Assembly: GCA_964452795.1 (NCBI GenBank)
Contig: CAYVOE010000001.1
Location: 1-35,677, forward strand
DNA length: 35,677 nt
Source: an uncultured Nitrospiraceae bacterium
GTDB taxonomy: Bacteria > Hydrogenedentota > Hydrogenedentia > Hydrogenedentales > SLHB01
Direction: 5' to 3'
Shown here: piece by piece, positions 24,665-33,067 of the stretch
How positions within the stretch are numbered: the first letter of the stretch is position 1
Layout: each line of letters starts with the position of its first letter
Made by a program: the position numbers and the translations under genes
Notes under the pieces: generated by a model
Database searches by the model: none
The model's input: the letters and a program-made list of their open reading frames with translations, nothing else
Told to the model about the DNA's origin: nothing

Positions 24665-25666
24665 TCAGTCCCCCTCTTTCCACACCTGCCCCGACGGCAC
24701 CAGCGGCGGAGGGGGCCGCAATTCCGACGGCGACTCCTCCGTCGGCGGCTCCTCCACGATCTCGGGCGTCTCAAGCCCGGACGCTTCGAGTCGGGACGCC
24801 TCTTCCAGTAGCTTCCGCAGTTCTTCCCGCAGTGCGCGCGACTCTTCCTGCAACTCCCGAATCTGTTCCGCCAGCGCCTGGTTGGTCTTCTTCAAGGCCT
24901 CGTAGCCCTCGAGAAGCACCCGATTGGCGTTGAGCAGTTCGCTCACGGAATCCGGGGAAGGCGCCTCGTCCGGCTCGGGCTTCGATTCCTTCTCCGCCTG
25001 CTCTTTCCTGGCCTGCGTCTCGGGTCCTCGGGCGGGCGCTTTCGGCTTCTCGGGCTCCTGCGGCTTTGCCGCCCGCGGCGAGAATTCCTCGGGGGCGGGC
25101 TCGTCGGGCTCTTCGAGGCGGATCCCGTCGAACCAGGCTTGGCCCGTGCCCTTGAGCACGCACCGGACCGTGAGGTAATCCGTCGCGTCCGGCACCTTGA
25201 CGCGCCACTCGAGGGGGGTCCAGTCGCGGGTCCCCGTCATGCGGCGGTCGGTGCTGCTGGCGAAGACCTTGATCATCGACCACGGCTCCCTGCGCCAACA
25301 CTGGACCCACACCACCGCCTCGCCCGCCCCTTCGGTTTTCACCGTCGCCCGGGCCACCAGTTCCTTTCCCGCCACATCGTCGAGGATGTTCTGGCTCCAG
25401 TTGTTGTAGGGCTCCTGGGCGTACGGCGTGGTCGTTTCCAGAAATACGCAGCGCTCCCCTTCGGCAGCGCCCTCCGACTCCACGCCGCCCCAGGCGCCTT
25501 CATGGGGTTCGACAAACAGGTCCCAGACCCGCGGCATCTCGTCGGCGTCCTCGAACCCGCCGTTGCGGATGAGGTTCTCGCCCGGCGCGGCGTAGACCGA
25601 CCCGGCCGCCAGGACGATCGACGCCGCGGCGACGATCCCGCCCTTCCATTGTCTCAGCGACTTCAT
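24665..25666 (-). CDS. Secreted protein: N-terminal carbohydrate-binding-module-like jelly-roll, Pro/Glu/Lys linker, C-terminal coiled coil
   Basis: The signal peptide is MKSLRQWKGGIVAAASIVLAAGSVYA. CBM-like hallmarks are NLIRNGGFED...W...GQAWFDGIRLEE. The heptad-rich region is LLEGYEALKKTNQALAEQIRELQEESRALREELRKLLEEASRLE. A GGAGG RBS sits in the 16-nt gap after pilT. Confidence 0.75.
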   Translation of the reverse strand: MKSLRQWKGGIVAAASIVLAAGSVYAAPGENLIRNGGFEDADEMPRVWDLFVEPHEGAWGGVESEGAAEGERCVFLETTTPYAQEPYNNWSQNILDDVAGKELVARATVKTEGAGEAVVWVQCWRREPWSMIKVFASSTDRRMTGTRDWTPLEWRVKVPDATDYLTVRCVLKGTGQAWFDGIRLEEPDEPAPEEFSPRAAKPQEPEKPKAPARGPETQARKEQAEKESKPEPDEAPSPDSVSELLNANRVLLEGYEALKKTNQALAEQIRELQEESRALREELRKLLEEASRLEASGLETPEIVEEPPTEESPSELRPPPPLVPSGQVWKEGD

Positions 25667-25682
25667 GGGAAAGGCCTCCGCC

Positions 25683-26759
25683 TCAGTTCGTCCGAAGCCC
25701 CTGGATGCGCAGCTTCAGATCGCGCGGGCTGGTGGCGTTCAACAGGGCCGTCTCGGCGCTGATCTTGCCCGCCTCGTACAGATCGAACAGGGCCTGGTCG
25801 AAGGTCTGCATCCCGTACTGGTCGTGCCCCTCCTCGATGAGCTTGGTGAGCTCCTTGAAGCTGCGGCCCTGTTCGATGTGCTCGCGCACCGTCCGGTTTC
25901 CGATGAGCACCTCCGCCGCCACGACGCGCCCTTCCCCCTCCTTGCGCGGCACCAGCCGCTGCGAGATCACCGCTCGCAACACGCTGGCCAACTGTTTCCG
26001 TATCTGAAGCTGCTGGTGCGGCTCGAAGAAGTCCAGGATGCGGTTGAGCGTCTCGAGGGCGTCCACCGTGTGCAGCGTGGACAACACCAGGTGCCCCGTC
26101 TCGGCGGAGGCGAGGGCCGTCCGCACGGTCTCGGGGTCGCGCATCTCGCCGATGAGGATCACGTCGGGGTCCTGGCGCAACGCCCCGCGCAGGGCGTTCG
26201 AAAACGAAAGGGTGTCGTGGCCGATCTCGCGCTGCGTGATGATGGCCTTCTTGTCGGCATGGACGAATTCCAGGGGGTCTTCAATGGTCACGACGTGAAG
26301 GGGCCGGTTCTCGTTGATCTCGTCGATCATGGCCGCCAGCGTGGTCGATTTGCCGCTGCCGGTCACGCCCGTCACCAGCACCAGGCCGTTGGGCACCATG
26401 CAGACCTTGCGCAGGACCGGCGGCAGGTCGAGCTCGTCGATCTTCTTGATGCGCATCGGGATAACCCGCAGCACCACCCGCGTCTTGCCGTCGTCCCGGC
26501 ACACGTTCACGCGAAAGCGGGCCGATCCGTCGGGCATCATGTGGGAAAGGTCGAGCTCCATCAGCTTCCGGAACTTCTCGATGTCCGCGTGCTCGGCGAT
26601 GGTATGGAGCAGGCCCGTCACGTCCTCCTCGCTCAGGGGCGGAAGGGGCAGACGCATCAATTCGCCGTCGATCCGGTACAACGGCGGGTTGCCGACCTTG
26701 AGATGGACGTCGGAGGCGTTCCGTTCAATAGCCCCCTTCAACAGCTCTTCCAGGTTCAT
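25683..26759 (-). CDS. pilT: Type IV pilus retraction ATPase PilT
   Basis: The protein starts at the ATG at 26759: MNLEELLKGAIERNASDVHLKVGNPPLYRIDGEL.
- Walker A: GVTGSGKSTTLAAMI.
- Asp box: TIEDPLEF.
- Walker B: DPDVILIGEMRD.
- His box: ETGHLVLSTLHT.
- C-terminal segment: GMQTFDQALFDLYEAGKIS.

The track ORF to 27359 is an over-extension. Confidence 0.93.
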   Translation of the reverse strand: MNLEELLKGAIERNASDVHLKVGNPPLYRIDGELMRLPLPPLSEEDVTGLLHTIAEHADIEKFRKLMELDLSHMMPDGSARFRVNVCRDDGKTRVVLRVIPMRIKKIDELDLPPVLRKVCMVPNGLVLVTGVTGSGKSTTLAAMIDEINENRPLHVVTIEDPLEFVHADKKAIITQREIGHDTLSFSNALRGALRQDPDVILIGEMRDPETVRTALASAETGHLVLSTLHTVDALETLNRILDFFEPHQQLQIRKQLASVLRAVISQRLVPRKEGEGRVVAAEVLIGNRTVREHIEQGRSFKELTKLIEEGHDQYGMQTFDQALFDLYEAGKISAETALLNATSPRDLKLRIQGLRTN

Positions 26760-26844
26760 GGACCCGCGCTCTCCTCCCCTCAGCCCTCCCGGCGACCCGC
26801 GGCCGTCAACGCAACGCCGCGGCCTTACCCCGGAAACACGGCAG

Positions 26845-26853
26845 AGTATACCA
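26845..26853 (-). promoter_or_regulatory. Candidate extended -10 promoter for the pilT operon
   Basis: Minus strand TGGTATACT (TGn + TATACT), about 85 nt upstream of the pilT ATG. There is no good -35 element. Confidence 0.35.
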
Positions 26854-27021
26854 TGTTTTTCGGCAAATCGGGCATCTCCATTGCGGGATATGGGGGAGAA
26901 ACCGCCTGGAGAGGGCAGAATCCGCTTATTCGCGGATTTCACCCGCAACCGTCGACGGGGGTAAGATACAACCCGCGAATCGAGAAGATCGAGGCGCCGA
27001 CGGAATCGGGGAGGACAGTCA

Positions 27022-28554
27022 ATGCGGAGGCGATTCGGAATCTGGGCATGGATGCTGGCGATGGCGGCGGGCGGGACGGCGCCCGGCGCGCCGTCGGAAT
27101 ATTTCGGGATCCAGGTGGTCGACGAGGCCACGGGGCGGGGCGTGCCCGCCGTGGAGCTTCGGACCGTGAACGAGATCCGGCTGTACACGGACAGCGGGGG
27201 CTGGGTCGCCTTTCTCGAGCCGGGCCTCATGGATCGCGACGTCTTCTTTTTCGTGTCGAGCCACGGGTACGAGTTTCCGGCGGACGGATTCGGCATGCGG
27301 GGGAAGGCTCTTCGCACCACCCCCGGCGAGACGGCCCGGCTCGAGATCCGGCGCGTCAACCTCGCCGAGCGCCTCTACCGGGTGACGGGCCAGGGCATCT
27401 ACCGCGACACCGTGCTCCTGGGCCGGACCGCCCCCCTCGCGGAACCGGTGTTGAACGGCCGCGTCCTCGGGCAGGATTCCGTGTTCAACGTCGTCCACGG
27501 CGGGAAGTTGTACTGGTTCTGGGGCGATACGGCCCGCGAATCCTATCCCCTGGGCCATTTCCGCATGGCCGGCGCCGTGTCGAAACTCCCGGAAGACGGC
27601 GGGCTCGACCCGAGCATAGGCGTCGACCTCGAGTATTTCGTCGACGACGCGGGGTTCAGCCGTCCCATGGCGCCTTTCCCCGAGGTCGAGACGGGGCTGT
27701 ACTGGCTCGACGGATTTCAGGTGATCGAAGACGACGGGGGCCGGCCGCGCCTGGTGGCCCACGCCAACCATATGGAATCGCTCGCGAAGCGGCTGGACCA
27801 TTGCCTGGCGGTATTCGACGACGCCTCCGCCGCCTTTCGGCTCTTGAAGCCCCTCGACGACCGCGAAGACCTGCATCCCCTGGGCCATCCCTTCGAAGTC
27901 ACGGAGGAGGGCCGGCGCTACGTCTACTTCGCCTTCCCCTACCCCGTCCTGCGCGTGCCGGCGGATTGGGAAGCCCTGCAAGACCCCGACCGGTACGAGT
28001 CGTTCACCTGTCTATCGCCCGGCACGCGTTGGAACGAGGGAGCAGCGTCGGTCGAGCGCGACGACGCGGGACAGGTTGTCTGGGCTTGGAAGGCGGGAAC
28101 GTCGTGGGTGGACCCGGCGCGGCAGCAGAAGCTCATCGAGGCCGGAAAACTGGTCCCGGACGAGGCCTGGCTGAACACCCGGGATGCAGAATCCGGCGAA
28201 GCCGTGACGCTCCACGGCGGTTCCGTCGCGTGGAACGAATACCGAGGCAAATGGACAATGATCGCCGTGCAGCAGGGGGGCACGTCGTTCCTGGGCGAGG
28301 TGTGGTACAGCGAGGCCGACCATCCCCACGGCCCCTGGCCCTGGGCTCGGAAGGTCGTCACCCACGACGATTACACGTTCTACAACCCCAAACAGCACCC
28401 CTACTTCGCCCAGGAGGACGGGCGCATCATCTATTTCGAAGGCACCTTCGCCGACACCTTCTCAGGAGCAAAATTCCCCATCCCCCGGTACAACTACAAC
28501 CAGATGATGTACCGCCTGGACCTCTCGGACCCGCGCCTGCGCCTGCCGGAATAA
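27022..28554 (+). CDS. Secreted hypothetical protein: N-terminal carboxypeptidase-regulatory-like beta-sandwich plus large domain of unknown function (possible glycosidase-like propeller)
   Basis: GGGGAGGA RBS. The signal-like N-terminus is MRRRFGIWAWMLAMAAGGTAPGA. The next block is GIQVVDEATGRGVPAVELRTVNEIRLYTDSGGWVAF. Later blocks are GGKLYWFWGDT and IIYFEGTF. The family assignment is uncertain. Confidence 0.7.
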   Translation: MRRRFGIWAWMLAMAAGGTAPGAPSEYFGIQVVDEATGRGVPAVELRTVNEIRLYTDSGGWVAFLEPGLMDRDVFFFVSSHGYEFPADGFGMRGKALRTTPGETARLEIRRVNLAERLYRVTGQGIYRDTVLLGRTAPLAEPVLNGRVLGQDSVFNVVHGGKLYWFWGDTARESYPLGHFRMAGAVSKLPEDGGLDPSIGVDLEYFVDDAGFSRPMAPFPEVETGLYWLDGFQVIEDDGGRPRLVAHANHMESLAKRLDHCLAVFDDASAAFRLLKPLDDREDLHPLGHPFEVTEEGRRYVYFAFPYPVLRVPADWEALQDPDRYESFTCLSPGTRWNEGAASVERDDAGQVVWAWKAGTSWVDPARQQKLIEAGKLVPDEAWLNTRDAESGEAVTLHGGSVAWNEYRGKWTMIAVQQGGTSFLGEVWYSEADHPHGPWPWARKVVTHDDYTFYNPKQHPYFAQEDGRIIYFEGTFADTFSGAKFPIPRYNYNQMMYRLDLSDPRLRLPE

Positions 28555-28567
28555 GCCTTCGCCCGGC

Positions 28568-29821
28568 CTACTCGCCGAGGCCGCGCCAGGCGGTGTAGGT
28601 GAATAAGGCCAAAATGGCGATGAGGACGGCGTTTACGGGCCGGCGATTCCGCAGGTCGCCCATCTCCTTCCTTCGGTTGTTTAGCAGAAGCAGGGTAAGG
28701 GCCAGGAAAGGCATGAAATAGGCCCCGAGCACCGCGTAGGCCTGCTGGATGGACGCGAAGGACAGGCGCAGGTTCAGGATGGGCACCGTGGCGATGAGGA
28801 TGAGGTACACGCGGTAGGCCGTCGTCCGTTCGAGATCGACGTGGGCCGCCCGGCCGCCGCCCCGGCGCGCCATGGCTACGAAATCGGCGAAAATATACGG
28901 AACGGCCTGCCACACCCCGAGGAGGCTGCTGAAGACGGCGCCGAATGCCCCCAGGAGGAACAGCCATTTCCCGACGGGACCCATGGGACCTTCCAACCGG
29001 CTGGCGATGGCCACGATAAGCCCCGCGCCGGGCTTGCCGCCTTCGGGCAGCTCGATGGCGCCGCCCACCACCACCATGGCGAGGCCGAACAGGGCGGTCA
29101 TCACGTAGCCCGCGGCCAGGTCGAGCCGGCAGAGCCGGACCTGCTCCGGCCCTTCCCGGCCTTCCTCCCGAATCCAGTAGCCGTAGCACAGGACGGTGAG
29201 GGTGCCGCCGATGCCGCCCATGACGGCGACGGTCCAGGCCAGCCCGTCCGCGCCCTCCGGGATCCGGGGGATCGTCATGCCGAGCAGGAATTCCAGCAGG
29301 TCGGGCGCCAGCCGCACCGCGGTAGCGATCACGGTGAAGAACATGATCCCGATGCACACAGCCATCATCCGTTGAAAGAGCCGATAGCCCCCCAGGAATA
29401 CCAGGGCCACGCCCGTCGCGGAACACAGAATGCCGAAAGCGAACTTGCCGGCGTCGGCGGAGTCGAACACGGGAAGGATGGCGTGGACCGTGGCGCCGCA
29501 GGCGCTCATCATGGCCGCGCCCGTGAAGAAGGACCAGCAGAGGAAGTACAGGCCGAACAGGACGACGAAGGGCCAGCCCAGGAGGCGGACGCAGCCTTCA
29601 AGCAGGGTTTCGCCCGTGGCCAGTTGCCAGCGGGCCAGGCCCTCGTTGAGGACGTACTTGACGGCGGCGCCCAGGACCACGGCCCACAACACCGCCAGTC
29701 CGAGCCGGTGGCCCGCGAAGGCCGCCGTCGCCAGGTCGCCCGCGCCCACGCCCGTGGCCGCGACCAGCATGCCCGGTCCCAGGATGCGAAAGAACGCCCC
29801 GATGCCCCTCGATTGCGACAC
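28568..29821 (-). CDS. Nramp-family divalent metal cation transporter-like membrane protein
   Basis: The protein begins FRILGPGMLVAATGVGAGDLATAAFAGHRLGLAVLWAVVLGAAVKYVLNEGLARW and has a multi-TM body. I prefer the GTG at 29821 (GAGGG RBS). A minus-strand promoter at 29884..29912 lies downstream of the alternative ATGs at 29971 and 30025. Confidence 0.8.
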   Translation of the reverse strand: MSQSRGIGAFFRILGPGMLVAATGVGAGDLATAAFAGHRLGLAVLWAVVLGAAVKYVLNEGLARWQLATGETLLEGCVRLLGWPFVVLFGLYFLCWSFFTGAAMMSACGATVHAILPVFDSADAGKFAFGILCSATGVALVFLGGYRLFQRMMAVCIGIMFFTVIATAVRLAPDLLEFLLGMTIPRIPEGADGLAWTVAVMGGIGGTLTVLCYGYWIREEGREGPEQVRLCRLDLAAGYVMTALFGLAMVVVGGAIELPEGGKPGAGLIVAIASRLEGPMGPVGKWLFLLGAFGAVFSSLLGVWQAVPYIFADFVAMARRGGGRAAHVDLERTTAYRVYLILIATVPILNLRLSFASIQQAYAVLGAYFMPFLALTLLLLNNRRKEMGDLRNRRPVNAVLIAILALFTYTAWRGLGE

Positions 29822-29883
29822 GTTCACCCTCGATAATCCGGTATGAATGGATGGCTCGCCCGAACCGTCTTTCGAGCCCGCGC

Positions 29884-29912
29884 ATTTTAACGGCCCCGCG
29901 CGCCCCGTCCAA
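29884..29912 (-). promoter_or_regulatory. Candidate promoter for the Nramp-like gene
   Basis: Minus strand: TTGGAC (29912..29907), 17-nt spacer, TAAAAT (29889..29884). Confidence 0.4.
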
Positions 29913-29919
29913 GATACGG

Positions 29920-29948
29920 TTGCCCATCCCGTCGAGGGCGGATAGAAT
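29920..29948 (+). promoter_or_regulatory. Candidate promoter for the GH5 gene
   Basis: TTGCCC (29920..29925), 17-nt spacer, TAGAAT (29943..29948). Confidence 0.45.
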
Positions 29949-29984
29949 GGGCGGCGAAGCTTGGCAGCCATGGAGAGTCGTACG

Positions 29985-31202
29985 ATGAAATACGTGAGCC
30001 GTCTGGGGAAAATCTCCTGTCGCATCGGGTTGAGCCTGTGCCTGGCCGGGATTGTATGGGGAGGATTGGGCGCCCGCGCCGACGAGCCGGCGGTGATCTC
30101 CCTGGGGGAGGGCGGCGTGATCCTGCGCGACGGCCAGCCCTATCGCGGCGTGGGGATCAACTATTTCAACGCCTTTTCCCGCATGCTCGACGATCCCGAG
30201 GACACGTCGTCGCTGGAAGGAATCAAGACCCTCGCCCGGTACAAAGTCCCCTTCGCGCGGGTCCAGTTCGCCGGCTACTATCCCAAAGACTGGAAAATCT
30301 ACCAGGAGGACAAGGAGCTCTGGTTCGAGCTGATGGACAAGCTGGTCCGCACGGCGGAAGAGGCGGGCGTGGGGCTGATCCCGAGCGTATTTTTCGCCTA
30401 CACCTACGTACCGGACTTGATCGGCGAGCCTCGAAGCGCCTGGGGCGACACGTCGAGCAAGACCCACGCCTTCATGCGTCAGTACGTGGAGGAAGTGGTG
30501 ACGCGGTACCGGGACTCGAAGGCCATCTGGGCCTGGGAATTCTCCAACGAGTTCAATCTTGACGTGGACCTGCCCAACGCGGCCCAGCACCGTCCGCCCA
30601 TCCTGCCCCACTGGGGCACGCCCACGGAGCGATCCGAGGCGGACGACCTCACCTACGACATGATGATGACGGCCTTCCGCGCCTTCGGCGAGGAGGTGCG
30701 CAAGCACGACCCGGTACGGCTGATTACCCACGGCGCCAGCCTGCCCCGCCCCGCCGCCGAGCATCTTCGTACGGAGGGTCGGTGGGTCCACGACACGCCC
30801 GAGCAGTTTCGGCAAAACCTCATCGCCACCAGCCCCGATCCGCTCGACCTCGTGTCGATCCACATGTACCCCTTTGACCACGAGCGGTTCGGCCGCAAAG
30901 ACGTGCCCTATGCGGAACTCCTGAGACACTGCATGGAGGCCTGCGCGGAAGCGGGCAAGGCGCTGTTCCTCGGCGAGTTCGGCTCGAGCGACGACATGGA
31001 AGGCGGACCGGAAAAGGCGAAGGCCGAGTTCTACGATCAGTTGGCCGCGATTGAAGAGACGGGGGTGCCCCTGTCGGCCCTGTGGGTGTTCGATCTCGAG
31101 AACCAGACGGGCACCTGCAACATCCGGCCGGACAACTCCCGGAGCTATCAGTTGGAAGCCCTGACCGAGGTCAACGCACGGCTCCAGGCGAAAGAGGACT
31201 GA
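29985..31202 (+). CDS. Glycoside hydrolase family 5 (cellulase/mannanase-like), secreted
   Basis: ATG at 29985 with a GGAGAG RBS. The signal peptide is MKYVSRLGKISCRIGLSLCLAGIVWGGLGARA. IWAWEFSNEFN supplies the acid/base Glu and ALFLGEFG the nucleophile Glu. An ATG at 29970 is an alternative start. Confidence 0.85.
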   Translation: MKYVSRLGKISCRIGLSLCLAGIVWGGLGARADEPAVISLGEGGVILRDGQPYRGVGINYFNAFSRMLDDPEDTSSLEGIKTLARYKVPFARVQFAGYYPKDWKIYQEDKELWFELMDKLVRTAEEAGVGLIPSVFFAYTYVPDLIGEPRSAWGDTSSKTHAFMRQYVEEVVTRYRDSKAIWAWEFSNEFNLDVDLPNAAQHRPPILPHWGTPTERSEADDLTYDMMMTAFRAFGEEVRKHDPVRLITHGASLPRPAAEHLRTEGRWVHDTPEQFRQNLIATSPDPLDLVSIHMYPFDHERFGRKDVPYAELLRHCMEACAEAGKALFLGEFGSSDDMEGGPEKAKAEFYDQLAAIEETGVPLSALWVFDLENQTGTCNIRPDNSRSYQLEALTEVNARLQAKED

Positions 31203-31233
31203 CGGGCGCTCCCCCGGGAGATTTGAACTCGAA

Positions 31234-31270
31234 GGGCCCTTCGTCCGACCTCGGGCGAGGGGCCCTTTTT
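31234..31270 (+). terminator. Rho-independent terminator after the GH5 gene
   Basis: GGGCCCTTCG (31234..31243) pairs with CGAGGGGCCC (31256..31265), with one bulge. TTTTT follows at 31266..31270. Confidence 0.7.
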
Positions 31271-31297
31271 CCAGTTGCGGCAGGGCGAAAGGGGATC

Positions 31298-31326
31298 TTG
31301 GCGCCGGTGTTCCGTTCTGGTAGGAT
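31298..31326 (+). promoter_or_regulatory. Candidate promoter for the TPR-lepB pair
   Basis: TTGGCG (31298..31303), 17-nt spacer, TAGGAT (31321..31326). Confidence 0.4.
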
Positions 31327-31372
31327 GGTCCAAGTGAACTGGCCCGAGTCCACCTAACCAGGAGTCCGCCTC

Positions 31373-32326
31373 GTGATCGCTTTACTGCTTGCCTTTGCAT
31401 GCGCTGCCGCGGCCGCGGACGCGCCTCCCGCCACGACGTCGCTGCCCGAGGAGTTGTCCGCGCTCGAGGAGCTGGCCGGAGACGAGACGCGGCTCGTCCA
31501 GGCCGTGCGCGACTACGACGTGCAGCAGGAAGGCCTGGCGGCTTGGGATCGGTCCCTGGCCCAGGAGCTCTCCATGACCGGGCACCCCGACCTCGCGCAA
31601 GACAAGGTGCAGAAGGCCCTCGAGCGGGACCGGCTGGTCCGGGCCGCGTGGGAAGCGGTGCTCGCGCGGTATCCGAAGAACCCGCGGGCGATGACGTACT
31701 ACGCCGAGACGCTGTACGACCGATTCGGCCATGAAGCCGGCAACGAGGCCAAGGCGCTGCAGTTGTGGCACGAGGCCATCGAGCTGGACCCCACGCTTCA
31801 CGAGGCCATGAACAACCTGGCCATCCACTACGACCACATCGGTCAGACGGATCGGGCGCTGGAGTTCCTGGATAAGGCCCTCGAGCTGAAGCCGGACCAC
31901 CCGGACTACCTCTACAACGTCGCCCAGCTCTATCTGATCCACTGGCCGGCGGTCGAGAGAAAGTACAACATGAGCACCCGCCAGGTTATCGACAAGGCCC
32001 TGGAACATTCGAAAAAAGCGGCCGAATTGCGTCCGGACAGCTATCCCCTGGTGTCGGATTATGCCCTGAATTTCTATCGGGCCCAGCAGCTTAACCTTCC
32101 CGTGGACTGGGAGGAAGCGGCCAAGGCCTGGCAGAACACCCGGACGGTGGCGCGGGACGACGTGGAGCTGTTCTCGGCCTGGCTCAACGAAGGCATCGCG
32201 TGGGTGAACGCCGGCAAGCCGAAGAAGGCCGAGAAGCCCCTCGAGGAAGCGCTCAAGATCAACCCGGGTAGCGACCGCGCACGTCGGTACCTGGCCCAGG
32301 CACGGGAGGGTCGGAGCGCGAATTAG
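31373..32326 (+). CDS. Secreted tetratricopeptide-repeat (TPR) protein
   Basis: GTG start with an AGGAG RBS 8 nt upstream. The signal-like N-terminus is MIALLLAFACAAAAADA. TPR-like helices include AMTYYAETLYD, ALQLWHEAIELDPTLHEAMNNLAIHY, and ALEFLDKALELKPDHPDYLYNVAQLY. Confidence 0.85.
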   Translation: MIALLLAFACAAAAADAPPATTSLPEELSALEELAGDETRLVQAVRDYDVQQEGLAAWDRSLAQELSMTGHPDLAQDKVQKALERDRLVRAAWEAVLARYPKNPRAMTYYAETLYDRFGHEAGNEAKALQLWHEAIELDPTLHEAMNNLAIHYDHIGQTDRALEFLDKALELKPDHPDYLYNVAQLYLIHWPAVERKYNMSTRQVIDKALEHSKKAAELRPDSYPLVSDYALNFYRAQQLNLPVDWEEAAKAWQNTRTVARDDVELFSAWLNEGIAWVNAGKPKKAEKPLEEALKINPGSDRARRYLAQAREGRSAN

Positions 32327-32877
32327 TGCGCCCAGCCATGAAAGAGATTTCTCGCGGCCGGCTGATTTACTACACGATCATCCTGATTACCGCCCCCATT
32401 CTGATCTATTTCTTCGCCGTGCGAGACATGCGGTTCTTCCTGGTGCCGTCGGCGTCGATGGAACCGACCCTCTTTCCCGGCGACTACCTGGTCACCCTGT
32501 CGGAAGACGAGTATCGGCGGGGCGACATCGTGGTGATGGTGGATCCCACGGATCCCCAGTCTTTCATCGTCAAGCGGATCGTAGGGGTGGCGGGCGACGA
32601 GGTCGCCATTCGCGGAGGCGCCCTGTTCATCAACGGGTCCTACGCCTCCGAGCCCTACGTGAAAGAGTTGATGATGCAGCAGATGGAGCCCATCGCCGTT
32701 CCGGAGGGGGGCGTGTTCGTGCTGGGCGACAACCGCAACCACAGCGAAGACGGATCGGAATGGCGGCGGGCGCTGCGCGTCAGCAGCATCATCGGCAAGG
32801 TGCGCCTGCGCTACCTCCCCGTCGATCGTTTCGGCACCCTCCACGGATATCCGCTCATCAACTCCGAAGGTTTCTGA
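32326..32877 (+). CDS. lepB: Signal peptidase I
   Basis: Motifs seen: VPSASMEPTLFPGDYLV (catalytic Ser box), RGDIVV, VKRIVGVAGDEV (Lys box), and VLGDNRNHSEDGSEW. The GTG at 32326 overlaps the TPR stop codon (TAGTG). An ATG at 32338 is an alternative start. Confidence 0.92.
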   Translation: MRPAMKEISRGRLIYYTIILITAPILIYFFAVRDMRFFLVPSASMEPTLFPGDYLVTLSEDEYRRGDIVVMVDPTDPQSFIVKRIVGVAGDEVAIRGGALFINGSYASEPYVKELMMQQMEPIAVPEGGVFVLGDNRNHSEDGSEWRRALRVSSIIGKVRLRYLPVDRFGTLHGYPLINSEGF

Positions 32878-32974
32878 TTTTTCCCGGTGGCTTGCCCCTC
32901 CCGGCCCGGTTCTCGGACTTTGCTTTCCTGGCCGTCCGGGTCGGGAATTCGGGGTTTAGTTTCCCGGGGGACAA

Positions 32975-33004
32975 TTGGGAAAGGATTTCGCCGCCGGGTA
33001 TACT
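32975..33004 (+). promoter_or_regulatory. Candidate promoter for the rhomboid/J-protein pair
   Basis: TTGGGA (32975..32980), 18-nt spacer, TATACT (32999..33004). Confidence 0.5.
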
Positions 33005-33067
33005 TGAACGCAGGGCCCGAATTGTGCCGCGCCGCCCGGGGCCCGGCGCCCAACACAGAGCCTTTGA

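Noticed and set aside
26760-27359. N-terminal 200-aa extension of the pilT ORF in the track (558 aa versus 358 aa). Similar long extensions occur at 19453..20682, 21406, 28568..30025, 33721 and 34696..35283.
   Set aside because: The extensions are Arg/Pro/Gly-rich and lack family similarity. They often overlap divergent promoters or the neighbouring gene. Internal starts with good RBSs restore canonical N-termini (signal peptides or family N-terminal motifs).
25665-28598. 977-aa plus-strand ORF covering pilT (antisense) and the 27022..28554 gene (out of frame).
   Set aside because: It conflicts with pilT, which carries unambiguous Walker A/B, Asp-box and His-box motifs on the other strand. 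The translation is Arg/Pro/Gly-rich and low in complexity.
29822-29960. A possible Mn2+ (yybP-ykoY) riboswitch upstream of the Nramp-like transporter.
   Set aside because: The predicted leader is only about 55 nt. The conserved GGGGAGTAG and distal motifs are absent.
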